Positions 54,200 to 64,000 of a stretch of DNA of 64,000 bases are shown here, one piece after another. This DNA is from Eledone cirrhosa. Taxonomy: Eukaryota. The translations under genes were made by a program, and so were the position numbers. The notes beneath the pieces were generated by a model, which was not told the DNA's origin, did not search any database, and saw nothing but the letters and a program-made list of their open reading frames with translations. The stretch spans positions 40,486,001 to 40,550,000 of the forward strand of contig OZ024742.1 of NCBI GenBank assembly GCA_964016885.1. Reading direction: 5' to 3'. Each line of letters begins with the position of its first letter. Position 1 is the stretch's first letter.

Positions 54200-54530
54200 A
54201 CAACACCTACCCATCCAAGCCACCCCAACACATTTACCTACCCATCCAAGCCACCCCAACACATTTCCCTACCCATCCAAGCCACCACAACACATTTCCC
54301 TACCCATCCAAGCCACCACAACACATTTCCCTATCTAATTCCAGCCCCCACAACACATTTCCCTATCTAATTCCAGCCACCCCAACACATTTTCCCACCC
54401 ATCCAAGCCACCCCAATACATTTACCTACCCATCCAAGCCCCCACAATACATCTCCCTAATTCTAACCACCACACCACTTACTCCCCACCTCATGTCACC
54501 ACCACAACACATCTCCCTATCCAATTCCAC
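54200..54530. repeat. ~31-bp degenerate minisatellite (CATTTCCCTACCCATCCAAGCCACCACAACA)
   Basis: Direct reading; related units at ~54000-54090. Confidence 0.8.
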
Positions 54531-55312
54531 CACCACATCATTTAACCTAAGAAAGTAACTCGTAATAACATACAATTTTATTTTTCAATGAACAGATAAT
54601 TAGTTCGGAAAAGTTTGCACGTAAAATAGGTATTTATTTTCAAATTATAGTTATAGCTATCCAAACCACAAGAAGATTAATATATCTAGAAGCAAATCTT
54701 AAAGTTTGGTATCTATTCTATAAAGCTGCCAGCATAATATACAAGTTGCCAGAATCACAAATAAACTACAAATTTCATATATGATAGATTACTGACAAAT
54801 AACACAATATATAAACTGGAGCTATCTTATAAGATGCCTGTCATATCTCTGAAGACTGTCAATGGTTCAAGACATGAGGGATTATTCCATCATTTCCTCC
54901 TTGCCATAAATCAGTGGAAAGCATAGCAGAATGACAGGTGGTGATTGCACACATGGACACCTGCATATACATAACTGCATAGGAGTTCATATGATTATCT
55001 GGATGGTGGTTGTGATGCAGACAATAAATGACGTTCTGAGAACGATGTAAATTTCTTGGAAGGAGAGAAAGGTAGTTAGTTGCAAACAGAGATTTATGCT
55101 AATGGATAGTTGAAAAGCAAATAGATAAGATATTACTATAATTTATAAGCAAGCAGTATTCTGTATAATGTATAACTATTTTATGTAAACTATCAGTGTC
55201 CCTGGTTTAGAATAGATATACTGTATCCTGGGATGTTGTAAGAAGCAACTAAAATGGTTGGCATCAAGAATCACATCTGACCAGCTTAAAATACTTACAG
55301 TGAGACTTATGT

Positions 55313-55468
55313 ATGTTTATAAATAAACATTTCGAAAGCCTTCAGCTATGAATTTGGAAACTAGCAAGTTACCTGTCCTTAGTTTCTACCGGAACACACT
55401 AGATGGTGCTATGCTATCAGTTTCTAAATTCATAGATAAAGGCTCTCTGAATGTTTATTTATAAACAT
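55313..55468. mobile_element. MITE with ~50-bp imperfect TIRs (Tc1/mariner-like)
   Basis: ATGTTTATAAATAAACATT..AGCCTT..CTATGAATTTGGAAACT is inverted relative to AGTTTCTAAATTCATAG..AAGGCT..AATGTTTATTTATAAACAT. Confidence 0.7.
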
Positions 55469-55666
55469 CCCGTATATCGCCAGATATACAAATTCATGTA
55501 CTTCATATACACAGCTATGTCAGAGCTAACACCCTATTTTTATGTTTGTATATGCTTTCATATACATCTCTACTCTGAATCACACTGTTAGTGCTACTAC
55601 TAATACCAGCCTGTTGAACCTGCACTATATGCATTATTTGCAAAAATTTATATATAACCTGTTGAC

Positions 55667-55897
55667 AAGTTAGACAGGTGTACCAATGAACAAGAAGTTA
55701 GTAAAGGAAATAGTAACCTAAGTAAACATGAAAGAACAGCCGAACTCCCACTCTCATCGCTTCCATCTCTCTCGCCGTCTCCATCTCTCCATATGGGGAG
55801 CAAATGGGGTCCCATGTGCTGGCCTCCGCACAGCCCCGGTGGACAGAATGGAGAAGGTGTTTCCCCGGAGGATGGTAAGGGAGATGCGCTGGAAGTG
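55667..55897 (-). mobile_element. Putative 3' end of a CRE-like (restriction-like endonuclease) non-LTR retrotransposon with a 10-bp flanking direct repeat
   Basis: The minus frame HFQRISLTILRGNTFSILS resembles the terminal FQRLS.AIQRGNA motif. ACCTGTTGAC occurs at 55657-55666 and 55898-55907. Confidence 0.5.
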
Positions 55898-56086
55898 ACC
55901 TGTTGACTGCCACATATATTATACACAGCTACAGTTGCTGTGCTGGGTTTTTTTTACAGTAACATGACTATTTTTTTAAACAAACATTTATTAACAACAC
56001 ATATCTGAATGATTGACAAACATCACATCAATAAACTAGTAACCCCATCTATCTTTGAAGTTATGAACTGTTGGAAAAGAGTTCAA

Positions 56087-56411
56087 ACATGTTAGGACGA
56101 GTTATCTCATGTGGCACTGGAATGTATACATGTTAGGACGAGTTATCTCGTCTGTGACACTGGAATACAAACATGTTAGGATGAGTTATCTCGTCTGTGA
56201 CACTGGAATACAAACATGTTAGGATGAGTTATCTCGTCTGTGACACTGGAATACATACATGTTAGGACGAATTATCTCGTCTGTGACACTGGAATACATA
56301 CATGTTAGGACGAATTATCTCGTCTGTGACACTAGAATACATACATGTTAGGACGAATTATCTCGTCTGTGACACTGGAATACATACATGTTAGGACGAG
56401 TTATCTCGTCT
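56087..56411. repeat. 43-bp tandem repeat, ~7.5 copies, with an internal hairpin GACGAG-TTAT-CTCGTC (imperfect in several units)
   Basis: Unit starts at 56087 (41 bp), 56128, 56171, 56214, 56257, 56300, 56343 and 56386. Confidence 0.92.
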
Positions 56412-56727
56412 ACGGCATTAAAGAGAATAAACTGATAGCTTATCCTGCCACAATACAGTGTCAGTAAATGTTACTGAAAATGGATAAACATTCTGAAATA
56501 CCAGTGTTTGACATTCTCATGTGGTTATTGTGATAGCTGTGATATGATCACAACTTAAAATACCCAAAGCACGACTTATGTATGTGAATACAAGTATATG
56601 TACAAATATGAATACATGGTTGTATGAGTATGCATACATGTATGTGTGTACATGGCTATGTATGCATCCACTGATGTGTCTGTGTATGAATGCAAATCAT
56701 CTATTCATGTGTGAGTAAATTCAGACG

Positions 56728-56769
<42 letters not shown>

Positions 56770-56844
56770 ATCATCATCATCATTTTACGCCCGCTTTTGC
56801 CTGCTTGCAAGGGTGGGACATATATATATATATATGTATATATA

Positions 56845-57406
56845 CAGGGGTTGGACAAAATAATGGAAACACCTAGCATCATAGCATCATAATTTTTAAA
56901 TATCTATAAAATCGTCAAAAGCTTGTTTATTTTTATGTTATTTTATTTATTATTAGTGTTGCTTAATATGTTTTGTTAAAATTGCTGTTTCTTTTCAGAT
57001 ATCATCAGAAAAAGGTAATTAAAATTCATTAAAATGACAGATCTATCGGACTTTCAAAGAGGTCAAATTGTTGGTGGTCGTATGGCAGGCGCTAGCGTAA
57101 CGAAAACAGCCGAAATGTTTGGTGTATCAAGAAGTACTGTCTCGAAAGTAATGGCAGCCTTTGAGAAAGAGGGAAAAACCTCCTCGTCGAAACAAAACTC
57201 CGGAAGAAAACCAAAACATTCAGATAGGTACCGTCGGACTCATACGCGAATTGTTAGAAAGGATCACAAAAGTACAGCTCCCAAAATTACTGCTGAGCTT
57301 AACGACCACTTCGAGAACAATAAAAATAAACAAGCTTTTGACGGTTTTATAGATATTTCAAAATTATGGTGCTATAATGCTAGGTGTTTCCATTATTTTG
57401 TCCAAC
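56845..57406 (+). mobile_element. Internally deleted Tc1-like transposon with ~90-bp TIRs
   Basis: Left end TA-CAGGGGTTGGACAAAATAATGGAAACACCTAGCAT..; inverted copy at 57319-57406 lacks the terminal CCCTG. Confidence 0.9.
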
Positions 57407-57414
57407 AAAAATAA
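57034..57414 (+). pseudogene. Tc1 transposase N-terminal paired-like HTH fragment (DDE domain deleted)
   Basis: MTDLSDFQRGQIVG..AGASVTKTA..GVSRSTVSKV..NSGRKPK..TAPKITAELN, then reads into the right TIR. Confidence 0.88.
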
Positions 57415-57491
57415 TTTTGAGATAGAGCGTCCGTGATGTTTGCTCTGATCAGAGCAAACATCACGGACGCTCTATCTCAAAATTATTTTTG
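57406..57491. repeat. Perfect 86-bp spacerless palindrome
   Basis: Arms 57406-57448 and 57449-57491 are exact reverse complements, centred on TGA|TCA. Confidence 0.95.
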
Positions 57492-57521
57492 AAAAGCATT
57501 AGAAATGCGCAACCGGTAAAA
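57486..57521 (+). ncRNA. Atypical minimal hammerhead-like motif (U3-A8 core, GCAA instead of GAAA)
   Basis: UUU-UUGAAAA-GCAUU aga AAUGC-GCAA-CCGG-UA^AAA, with palindromic ACCGGU at stem III. The same layout occurs at 30275-30310 (minus). Confidence 0.45.
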
Positions 57522-57671
57522 CTTAAAACCAAAACTGAATACTAACCAATACAATTACTAATTCTCGCTTATTCCTAATTAAACTATTTTTCACTGTGAA
57601 CAATTTGTCAGAATTTTCTATTCCGTTTACCAATATATAATAACTTGTGTGTTACACCTCTATTCTTTTAA

Positions 57672-57713
<42 letters not shown>

Positions 57714-57745
57714 ATTAAATAAATGGAAACTATATTTATAAAACC

Positions 57746-57822
57746 ATATTTATTTCATTATATATATTTCAGGGATATCATATTAACAATATGCTATGCC
57801 TTCCTCAGACAAAATACAATAT
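57746..57822 (-). ncRNA. Type I hammerhead ribozyme in the inverted pLTR
   Basis: Reverse-complement copy of 60447-60523, with core TCCTCAG at 57802-57808. Confidence 0.8.
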
Positions 57823-60446
57823 AAACAGTTTTATAAATAAATAGATTCGACATACCGTAACAACATCGACTTGTATTTGAAAAAGTTGAATTGGCAGTGA
57901 AAAAATTGTACACAGAGAGAAAGAAAGAGAGAAAAAAGAAAGAAAGACAGAAAACGAAGAAAAAGAAGAAATGCATGGAACAAAATAGAGAGATGGAAAG
58001 ATGGATAAAGAGAAGAACTTCATGTAAAGAAACAGAGAGAGATATATATATATATAGAGAGAGAGGAAATAGAGATAGATACATATATATAGAAAACTAG
58101 GTAGTGGGACGTCTGTTGAGTAAACGTATCAATGATACATTTATTTATTTATTTATTTAGCTCTAGTATTAATGTAAGGGAGATATATGGAGAGAAACCA
58201 GCTGTTATATAGAGAGAGAAAAAAATATAGAGAGAGAAAAAATTTAAAAATAACCAGACATAGGCGAGGCGTAAAAACCCTATGTTTTAATGTAGAGGTA
58301 TTAGTATTTATAAAAACCAGCCACTATATTGTAAATATCAGTATTCCTGAATGAGACATGTATCCATAATGTGTGAAAATTAATGATCTTATGTTTAGTT
58401 TTTAAAAAAAATTCATATGTTTATGTGATAACTACAAACATCTATGTGAATTTACATGATCAACTCTGCAAACCCTAAGCTCACGGAAAACATTCTCATT
58501 GTGGTATAAAAATTTAAGTATACATATATGTGTATATATATATACACACAAATATATATAGAGTCAATATTACTATTCCTGTCTTTACTCTACAAGATTA
58601 TCTATCAAGCAGAAATAGAGAGCAGATTTCAATATACTAATAAAAATATATATCAGAAACAAAACTAAAAAATAACAATAATAATAATAAGTAATAATAA
58701 AATAGAAAACTAAAAAATATTACGAAAGAATATTACATATTAAAAATATTACATATTAAAAATATTAAAAATAAAAATATTAGAAAATACTACGATAATA
58801 AAAATAAAAATAAACCACAAAGATCAACCCTTCAAAATTAATTGACAATATATTGCCAAGTTCATTATAAGCATCAGAGTTGAAAAACAGATATAGTCGA
58901 AAAACGGAATTTAGTCTCAAGAGGGATTCCTTTTAATTCATCCTCTGAGACATGTGACCTCTGCGCAGAGGAGATATTCTTTATACTAAAATCTAAAAAT
59001 TCCCTTAATCTACGGACAAATTTATTCAGTTGCTGCAAACATAGATTAAACTCAACGTTTAAATATAAATTTAAATTTAAAATGTAGTATATTTAGTTTG
59101 ATTTATAATTATATGGGAAACTAGCCGATAAATCTTTGATTCCTTCTTTTTATTCTTTTTATTTTTATTTTTATTTTTATTTAAACATTCTTCATGAAAA
59201 ATTAAGCTACCCTAAATGTTGATGCTCCAAATATTTCGAATAAACGTTACACTAGATAAACTTCTATATTAAATATAAGAACACATGTAGACCAAATGGG
59301 CATCCTAAACTTTTTGAAATGATCTTTGCTAGATGCGATTTGATAGATAATTTTTGGCTGTATCTGATTTTCGACTCTGATGCTTATAATGAACTTGGCA
59401 ATATATTGTCAATTAATTTTGAAGGGTTGATCTTTGTGGTTTATTTTTATTTTTATTATTGTAGTATTTTCTAATATTTTTATTTTTAATATTTTTAATA
59501 TGTAATATTTTTAATATGTAATATTCTTTCGTAATATTTTTTAGTTTTCTATTTTATTATTACTTATTATTATTATTGTTATTTTTTAGTTTTGTTTCTG
59601 ATATATATTTTTATTAGTATATTGAAATCTGCTCTCTATTTCTGCTTGATAGATAATCTTGTAGAGTAAAGACAGGAATAGTAATATTGACTCTATATAT
59701 ATTTGTGTGTATATATATACACATATATGTATACTTAAATTTTTATACCACAATGAGAATGTTTTCCGTGAACTTAGGGTTTGCAGAGTTGATCATGTAA
59801 ATTCACATAGATGTTTGTAGTTATCACATAAACATATGAATTTTTTTAAAAAACTAAACATAAGATCATTAATTTTCACACATTATGGATACATGTCTCA
59901 TTCAGGAATACTGATATTTACAATATAGTGGCTGGTTTTTATAAATACTAATACCTCTACATTAAAACATAGTGTTTTTACGCCTCGCCTATGTCTGGTT
60001 ATTTTTTAATTTTTTCTCTCTATATATTTTTTTCTCTCTCTATATAACAGCTGGTTTCTCTCCATATATCTCCCTTACATTAATACTAGAGCTAAATAAA
60101 TAAATAAATAAATGTATCATTGATACGTTTACTCAACAGACGTCCCACTACCTAGTTTTCTATATATATGTATCTATCTCTATTTCCTCTCTCTCTCTCT
60201 CTATATATATATCTCTGTTTCTTTACATGAAGTTCTTCTCTTTATCTATCTTTCCATCTCTCTATTTTGTTCCATGCATTTCTTCTTTTTCTTCTTTTTC
60301 TTCTTTTTCTTCGTTTTCTGTCTTTCTTTCTTTTTTTCTCTCTTTCTTTCTCTCTGTGTACAATTTTTTCACTGCCAATTCAACTTTTTCAAATACAAGT
60401 CGATGTTGTTACGGTATGTCGAATCTATTTATCTATAAAACTGTTT

Positions 60447-60523
60447 ATATTGTATTTTGTCTGAGGAAGGCATAGCATATTGTTAATATGATATCCCTGA
60501 AATATATATAATGAAATAAATAT
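60447..60523 (+). ncRNA. Type I hammerhead ribozyme near the 3' end of the pLTR, just upstream of the ORF
   Basis: Stem I AUAUUgUAUUUUGU/AUGAAAUAAAUAU; CUGAGGA(60461-60467); stem II AGGcAUAgCAUAUU guu AAUAUGaUAUcCCU; GAAA(60499-60502); palindromic AUAUAUAU stem III; cleavage predicted after UA at 60510. Confidence 0.82.
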
Positions 60524-60696
60524 GGTTTTATAAATATAGTTTCCATTTATTTAATATTGTAAATATACTCCAAATACTTGTCGAGTGCTTTTATATCAGT
60601 TATAAATATTTACTAGTTGTAACCCAACAATTTAAATATAACTTTCCATGTATCTTGCTCCAATACTGTTGAGCGCTTTATATTATAACTGGAAAA

Positions 60697-62916
60697 ATGG
60701 AATTCTTTAAGATTACTTCCTCTTTAAAAGACATACTTCTACCTAGAAACAAAGACTTTATAAAACAATTAATAGATAAATCTGACTCTTTTATAAGGAG
60801 AATCAGGTGGCGAGCATTCCACTTTGATAAATCTAATATAAATGAAAATGTCTCGGACTTAAACAAAGTTTTCAAATCTAAAAGAAATCCACCCCCTAAC
60901 AAACTTTTATCTGACTTTGAAAACGATATAATTTCTATCATACAAGGGGTCAAATTCAAGAGAAACTTCAAAGGCCAGGAATATCTGAAAGGCATTAAGG
61001 ATAACATTGAGAGCTTAGAGAAAACTGAGAAGATCTTGGTGAAATCTGACAAGACCAACAACCTCTATGGAGTGCAGAAAGACATGTATAATGGCCTCAT
61101 ACTGAAAGAGCTGAGGAAAAAGTACAAGGTAGCAGATTGGGCCGAGCTTGAGAAAATGAATGTCGAAGCATCTTGTATAATGCACGAGTTGGAAATTGAG
61201 AACAGAACACAACCTTTCGTGCCCAGGAAACCGAAGATCAATATGAAAGATCACAAGAGGAATTTTGAAAATGACTTGCCAGTTAGATTGATCGCACCAT
61301 CAAAATCGGACCTGGGCAAATTAAGCAAAAACATTCTTGACAGGGTGATACAGCAAATTAAGAACTTGGATTGTTTATCTAACCTGAGCTTGTGGAAGGG
61401 AACTGGAGAGGTTGTTGAGTGGTTTAAGCAAATTAAATATAACAATAATAATAAGTTTATTCAACTTGATATAGCTAACTATTCTTCTTCTATTACCCCT
61501 AATCTACTAAATAAGGCACTAAATTACGCATTCAAACATACTGACCTAACTAGCAATGAAATGCATATTATATTATCGGCTAGGAAAACTTTGATAGAAT
61601 TTAATGACCAACTATGGACCAGAGCAGATAGAGATAGCAATTTTGACATTACTATGGGATCATCCGACTCAGCTCAGGTAACTGACCTTGTGGGCTTATT
61701 TTTAATCAATTCGCTACATAGGAAAATACCTGGTACTACCGGAGGTTTATATAGAGATGACATGCTTTTACTTATTGATAATAATAACTCTGAACTAAAT
61801 AGAAAATGTAAACAAATTACACAATTTTTTAATTACTTTAATCTTAAAATAGAAATTGAGAACAACCATAGAATAGTCAATTTCCTAGATATAACATTAA
61901 ATCTCAACACATGTCTTCACTATCCTTTTCACAAGTTGAATGAAAACTTAAACTATGTCAACTTTAACTCTAACCACCCCAGATCTGTCAAAAACACTAT
62001 AGTAAACTCTGTTCAAAAACGTATCTCTAGGATCTCGTCGAATAGAAAGATTTTCGACGAAAAAGCCCAATACTACAATGAAGCATTAGCTAGAGCAGGA
62101 TATGCTGATAAGATTGTGTACATAGATAATGATAGACAAACTAAACAAAATAACAATTATTTTAATTACGGCAACAACCTTAACAACTATAATAGAAAGC
62201 ATTACAATAATTCCAAAGGCCAAAAAAGAAATAGAACTAGGAACATAATTTGGTTTGCCCCCCCCCCCCCCTTCTCACTAAACATTAAAACCCACATCGC
62301 TAAACTATTTTTTAAAGCTCTTGATAATCGCTTCCCTAGAACACATAGGTATCACTCAATTTTCAATAGACATACAATAAAATTAACCTACTCATCCACC
62401 AAAAATTTAGCACAAAATATTAATAGAATAAATAATAGGAACTTAAAACCTAGTGATAATAGCATAAATAATATACAAGTTAACAAATGTAACTGTAGAG
62501 ATAGATCTAAATGTCCGTTAAATAACAACTGCTTAGTTAAAAATATAGTATACAATTGTAATGTTAATACTGACTCTAATTCTTTTAACTACGTCGGTTC
62601 CACATCGACGGAATTTAAACTTCGCTATAATAACCACAAGAATTCTTTCACAGATCCAAGCAAAAAATCTTCAACGGCACTATCAGGCGTACTCTGGCAA
62701 CTTAAGCTAGATAACGTTAGATATTCGACGGCTTGGAATATAGTCTCAAGAGGGATTCCTTTTAATTCATCCTCTGAGACATGTGACCTCTGCGCAGAGG
62801 AGATATTCTTTATACTAAAATCTAAAAATTCCCTTAATCTACGGACAAATTTATTCAGTTGCTGCAAACATAGATTAAACTCAACGTTTAAATATAAATT
62901 TAAATTTAAAATGTAG
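60697..62916 (+). CDS. Penelope-like (Naiad-type) reverse transcriptase / GIY-YIG endonuclease polyprotein, 739 aa, uninterrupted
   Basis: N-terminal FIRRIRWRAFHF, KSDKTNNLY, KDHK.NF, RLIAPSKSDLG, QLDI, TMGS, YRDD, NFLDITLNL, SNHP, WF.PP; zinc linker CNC..CP..C; IVY..YVG..FK.RY..H (GIY-YIG); CDLC..E; C-terminal CKH. Confidence 0.95.
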   Translation: MEFFKITSSLKDILLPRNKDFIKQLIDKSDSFIRRIRWRAFHFDKSNINENVSDLNKVFKSKRNPPPNKLLSDFENDIISIIQGVKFKRNFKGQEYLKGIKDNIESLEKTEKILVKSDKTNNLYGVQKDMYNGLILKELRKKYKVADWAELEKMNVEASCIMHELEIENRTQPFVPRKPKINMKDHKRNFENDLPVRLIAPSKSDLGKLSKNILDRVIQQIKNLDCLSNLSLWKGTGEVVEWFKQIKYNNNNKFIQLDIANYSSSITPNLLNKALNYAFKHTDLTSNEMHIILSARKTLIEFNDQLWTRADRDSNFDITMGSSDSAQVTDLVGLFLINSLHRKIPGTTGGLYRDDMLLLIDNNNSELNRKCKQITQFFNYFNLKIEIENNHRIVNFLDITLNLNTCLHYPFHKLNENLNYVNFNSNHPRSVKNTIVNSVQKRISRISSNRKIFDEKAQYYNEALARAGYADKIVYIDNDRQTKQNNNYFNYGNNLNNYNRKHYNNSKGQKRNRTRNIIWFAPPPPFSLNIKTHIAKLFFKALDNRFPRTHRYHSIFNRHTIKLTYSSTKNLAQNINRINNRNLKPSDNSINNIQVNKCNCRDRSKCPLNNNCLVKNIVYNCNVNTDSNSFNYVGSTSTEFKLRYNNHKNSFTDPSKKSSTALSGVLWQLKLDNVRYSTAWNIVSRGIPFNSSSETCDLCAEEIFFILKSKNSLNLRTNLFSCCKHRLNSTFKYKFKFKM

Positions 62917-63946
62917 TATATTTAGTTTGATTTATAATTATATGGGAAACTAGCCGATAAATCTTTGATTCCTTCTTTTTATTCTTTTTATTTTTATTTT
63001 TATTTTTATTTTTATTTTTATTTTTATTTTTATTTAAACATTCTTCATGAAAAATTAAGCTACCCTAAATGTTGATGCTCCAAATATTTCGAATAAACGT
63101 TACACTAGATAAACTTCTATATTAAATATAAGAATACATGTAGACCAAATGGGCATCCTAAACTTTTTGAAATGATCTTTGCTAGATGCGATTTGATAGA
63201 TAATTTTTGGCTTTATCTGTTTTTCGACTCTGATGCTTATAATGAACTTGGCAATATATTGTCAATTAATTTTGAAGGGTTGATCTTTGTGGTTTATTTT
63301 TATTTTTATTATTGTAGTATTTTCTAATATTTTTATTTTTAATATTTTTAATATGTAATATTTTTAATATGTAATATTCTTTCGTAATATTTTTTAGTTT
63401 TCTATTTTATTATTACTTATTATTATTATTGTTATTTTTTAGTTTTGTTTCTGATATATATTTTTATTAGTATATTGAAATCTGCTCTCTATTTCTGCTT
63501 GATAGATAATCTTGTAGAGTAAAGACAGGAATAGTAATATTGACTCTATATATATTTGTGTGTGTATATATACACATATATGTATACTTAAATTTTTATA
63601 CCACAATGAGAATGTTTTCCGTGAACTTAGGGTTTGCAGAGTTGATCATGTAAATTCACATAGATGTTTGTAGTTATCACATAAACATATGAATTTTTTT
63701 TAAAAAACTAAACATAAGATCATTAATTTTCACACATTATGGATACATGTCTCATTCAGGAATACTGATATTTACAATATAGTGGCTGGTTTTTATAAAT
63801 ACTAATACCTCTACATTAAAACATAGGGTTTTTACGCCTCGCCTATGTCTGGTTGTTTTTAAATTTTTTCTCTCTCTATATTTTTTTCTCTATATATATA
63901 ACAGCTGGTTTCTCTCCATATATCTCCCTTACATTAATACTAGAGC

Positions 63947-63977
<31 letters not shown>

Positions 63978-64000
63978 ATGTATCATTGATACGTTTACTC

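Larger units (their letters stand above)
57708..64000 (+). mobile_element. Penelope-like element (Naiad-type): inverted partial pLTR 57708-58904, pLTR 58906-60561, ORF, second pLTR from 62735 running off the window
   Basis: 58906-60133 is repeated nearly identically at 62735-64000. 57708-58904 is the reverse complement of ~59351-60561. The left end abuts (TA)n. Confidence 0.95.

Noticed and set aside
56087-56411. CRISPR-like array of palindromic repeats
   Set aside because: There are no unique spacers, the units are tandem near-identical 43-mers, the context is eukaryotic and no cas genes are present.
60227-60475. Small upstream ORF in the pLTR (and mirror ORFs at 57794-58100)
   Set aside because: Low-complexity pyrimidine tract translation with no recognisable domain; repeat lengths differ between pLTR copies.
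60697-63300. Selenoprotein-type Naiad (UGA recoding with SECIS)
   Set aside because: The ORF has no in-frame TGA and ends in TAG; no convincing SECIS pairing was seen in the 3' region.

Overview
Eukaryotic, AT-rich, repeat-dominated window with no recognisable host gene, rRNA, true tRNA gene or CRISPR array. The mix of tRNA-derived SINEs, RTE LINEs with (GAT)n tails and very abundant microsatellites suggests an octopus or other coleoid genome (inference). Most long ORFs in the track are artefacts of simple repeats, including a ~5.3-kb 20-bp minisatellite. Real coding content is all transposon-derived: (i) an intact, apparently young Penelope-like element of the Naiad type (RT + C-terminal GIY-YIG, 60697-62916) with ~1.65-kb direct pseudo-LTRs and an inverted partial pLTR; (ii) a 5'-truncated RTE LINE whose RT carries an embedded PHD-type zinc finger; (iii) Tc1/mariner and other LINE remnants, plus non-coding Helitron and MITE copies. 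The most striking signal is a set of about ten type I hammerhead ribozyme (HHR) motifs from several dissimilar sequence families, found by manual folding. These include a fully canonical HHR at the tip of a ~270-nt fold-back (19518-19601, minus), a complete three-stem HHR inside a 498-bp direct-repeat-bounded unit (793-881), HHRs in the Penelope pLTRs, and minimal motifs with a U3-A8 core covariation. All folds and identities were assessed by eye; none were computed.
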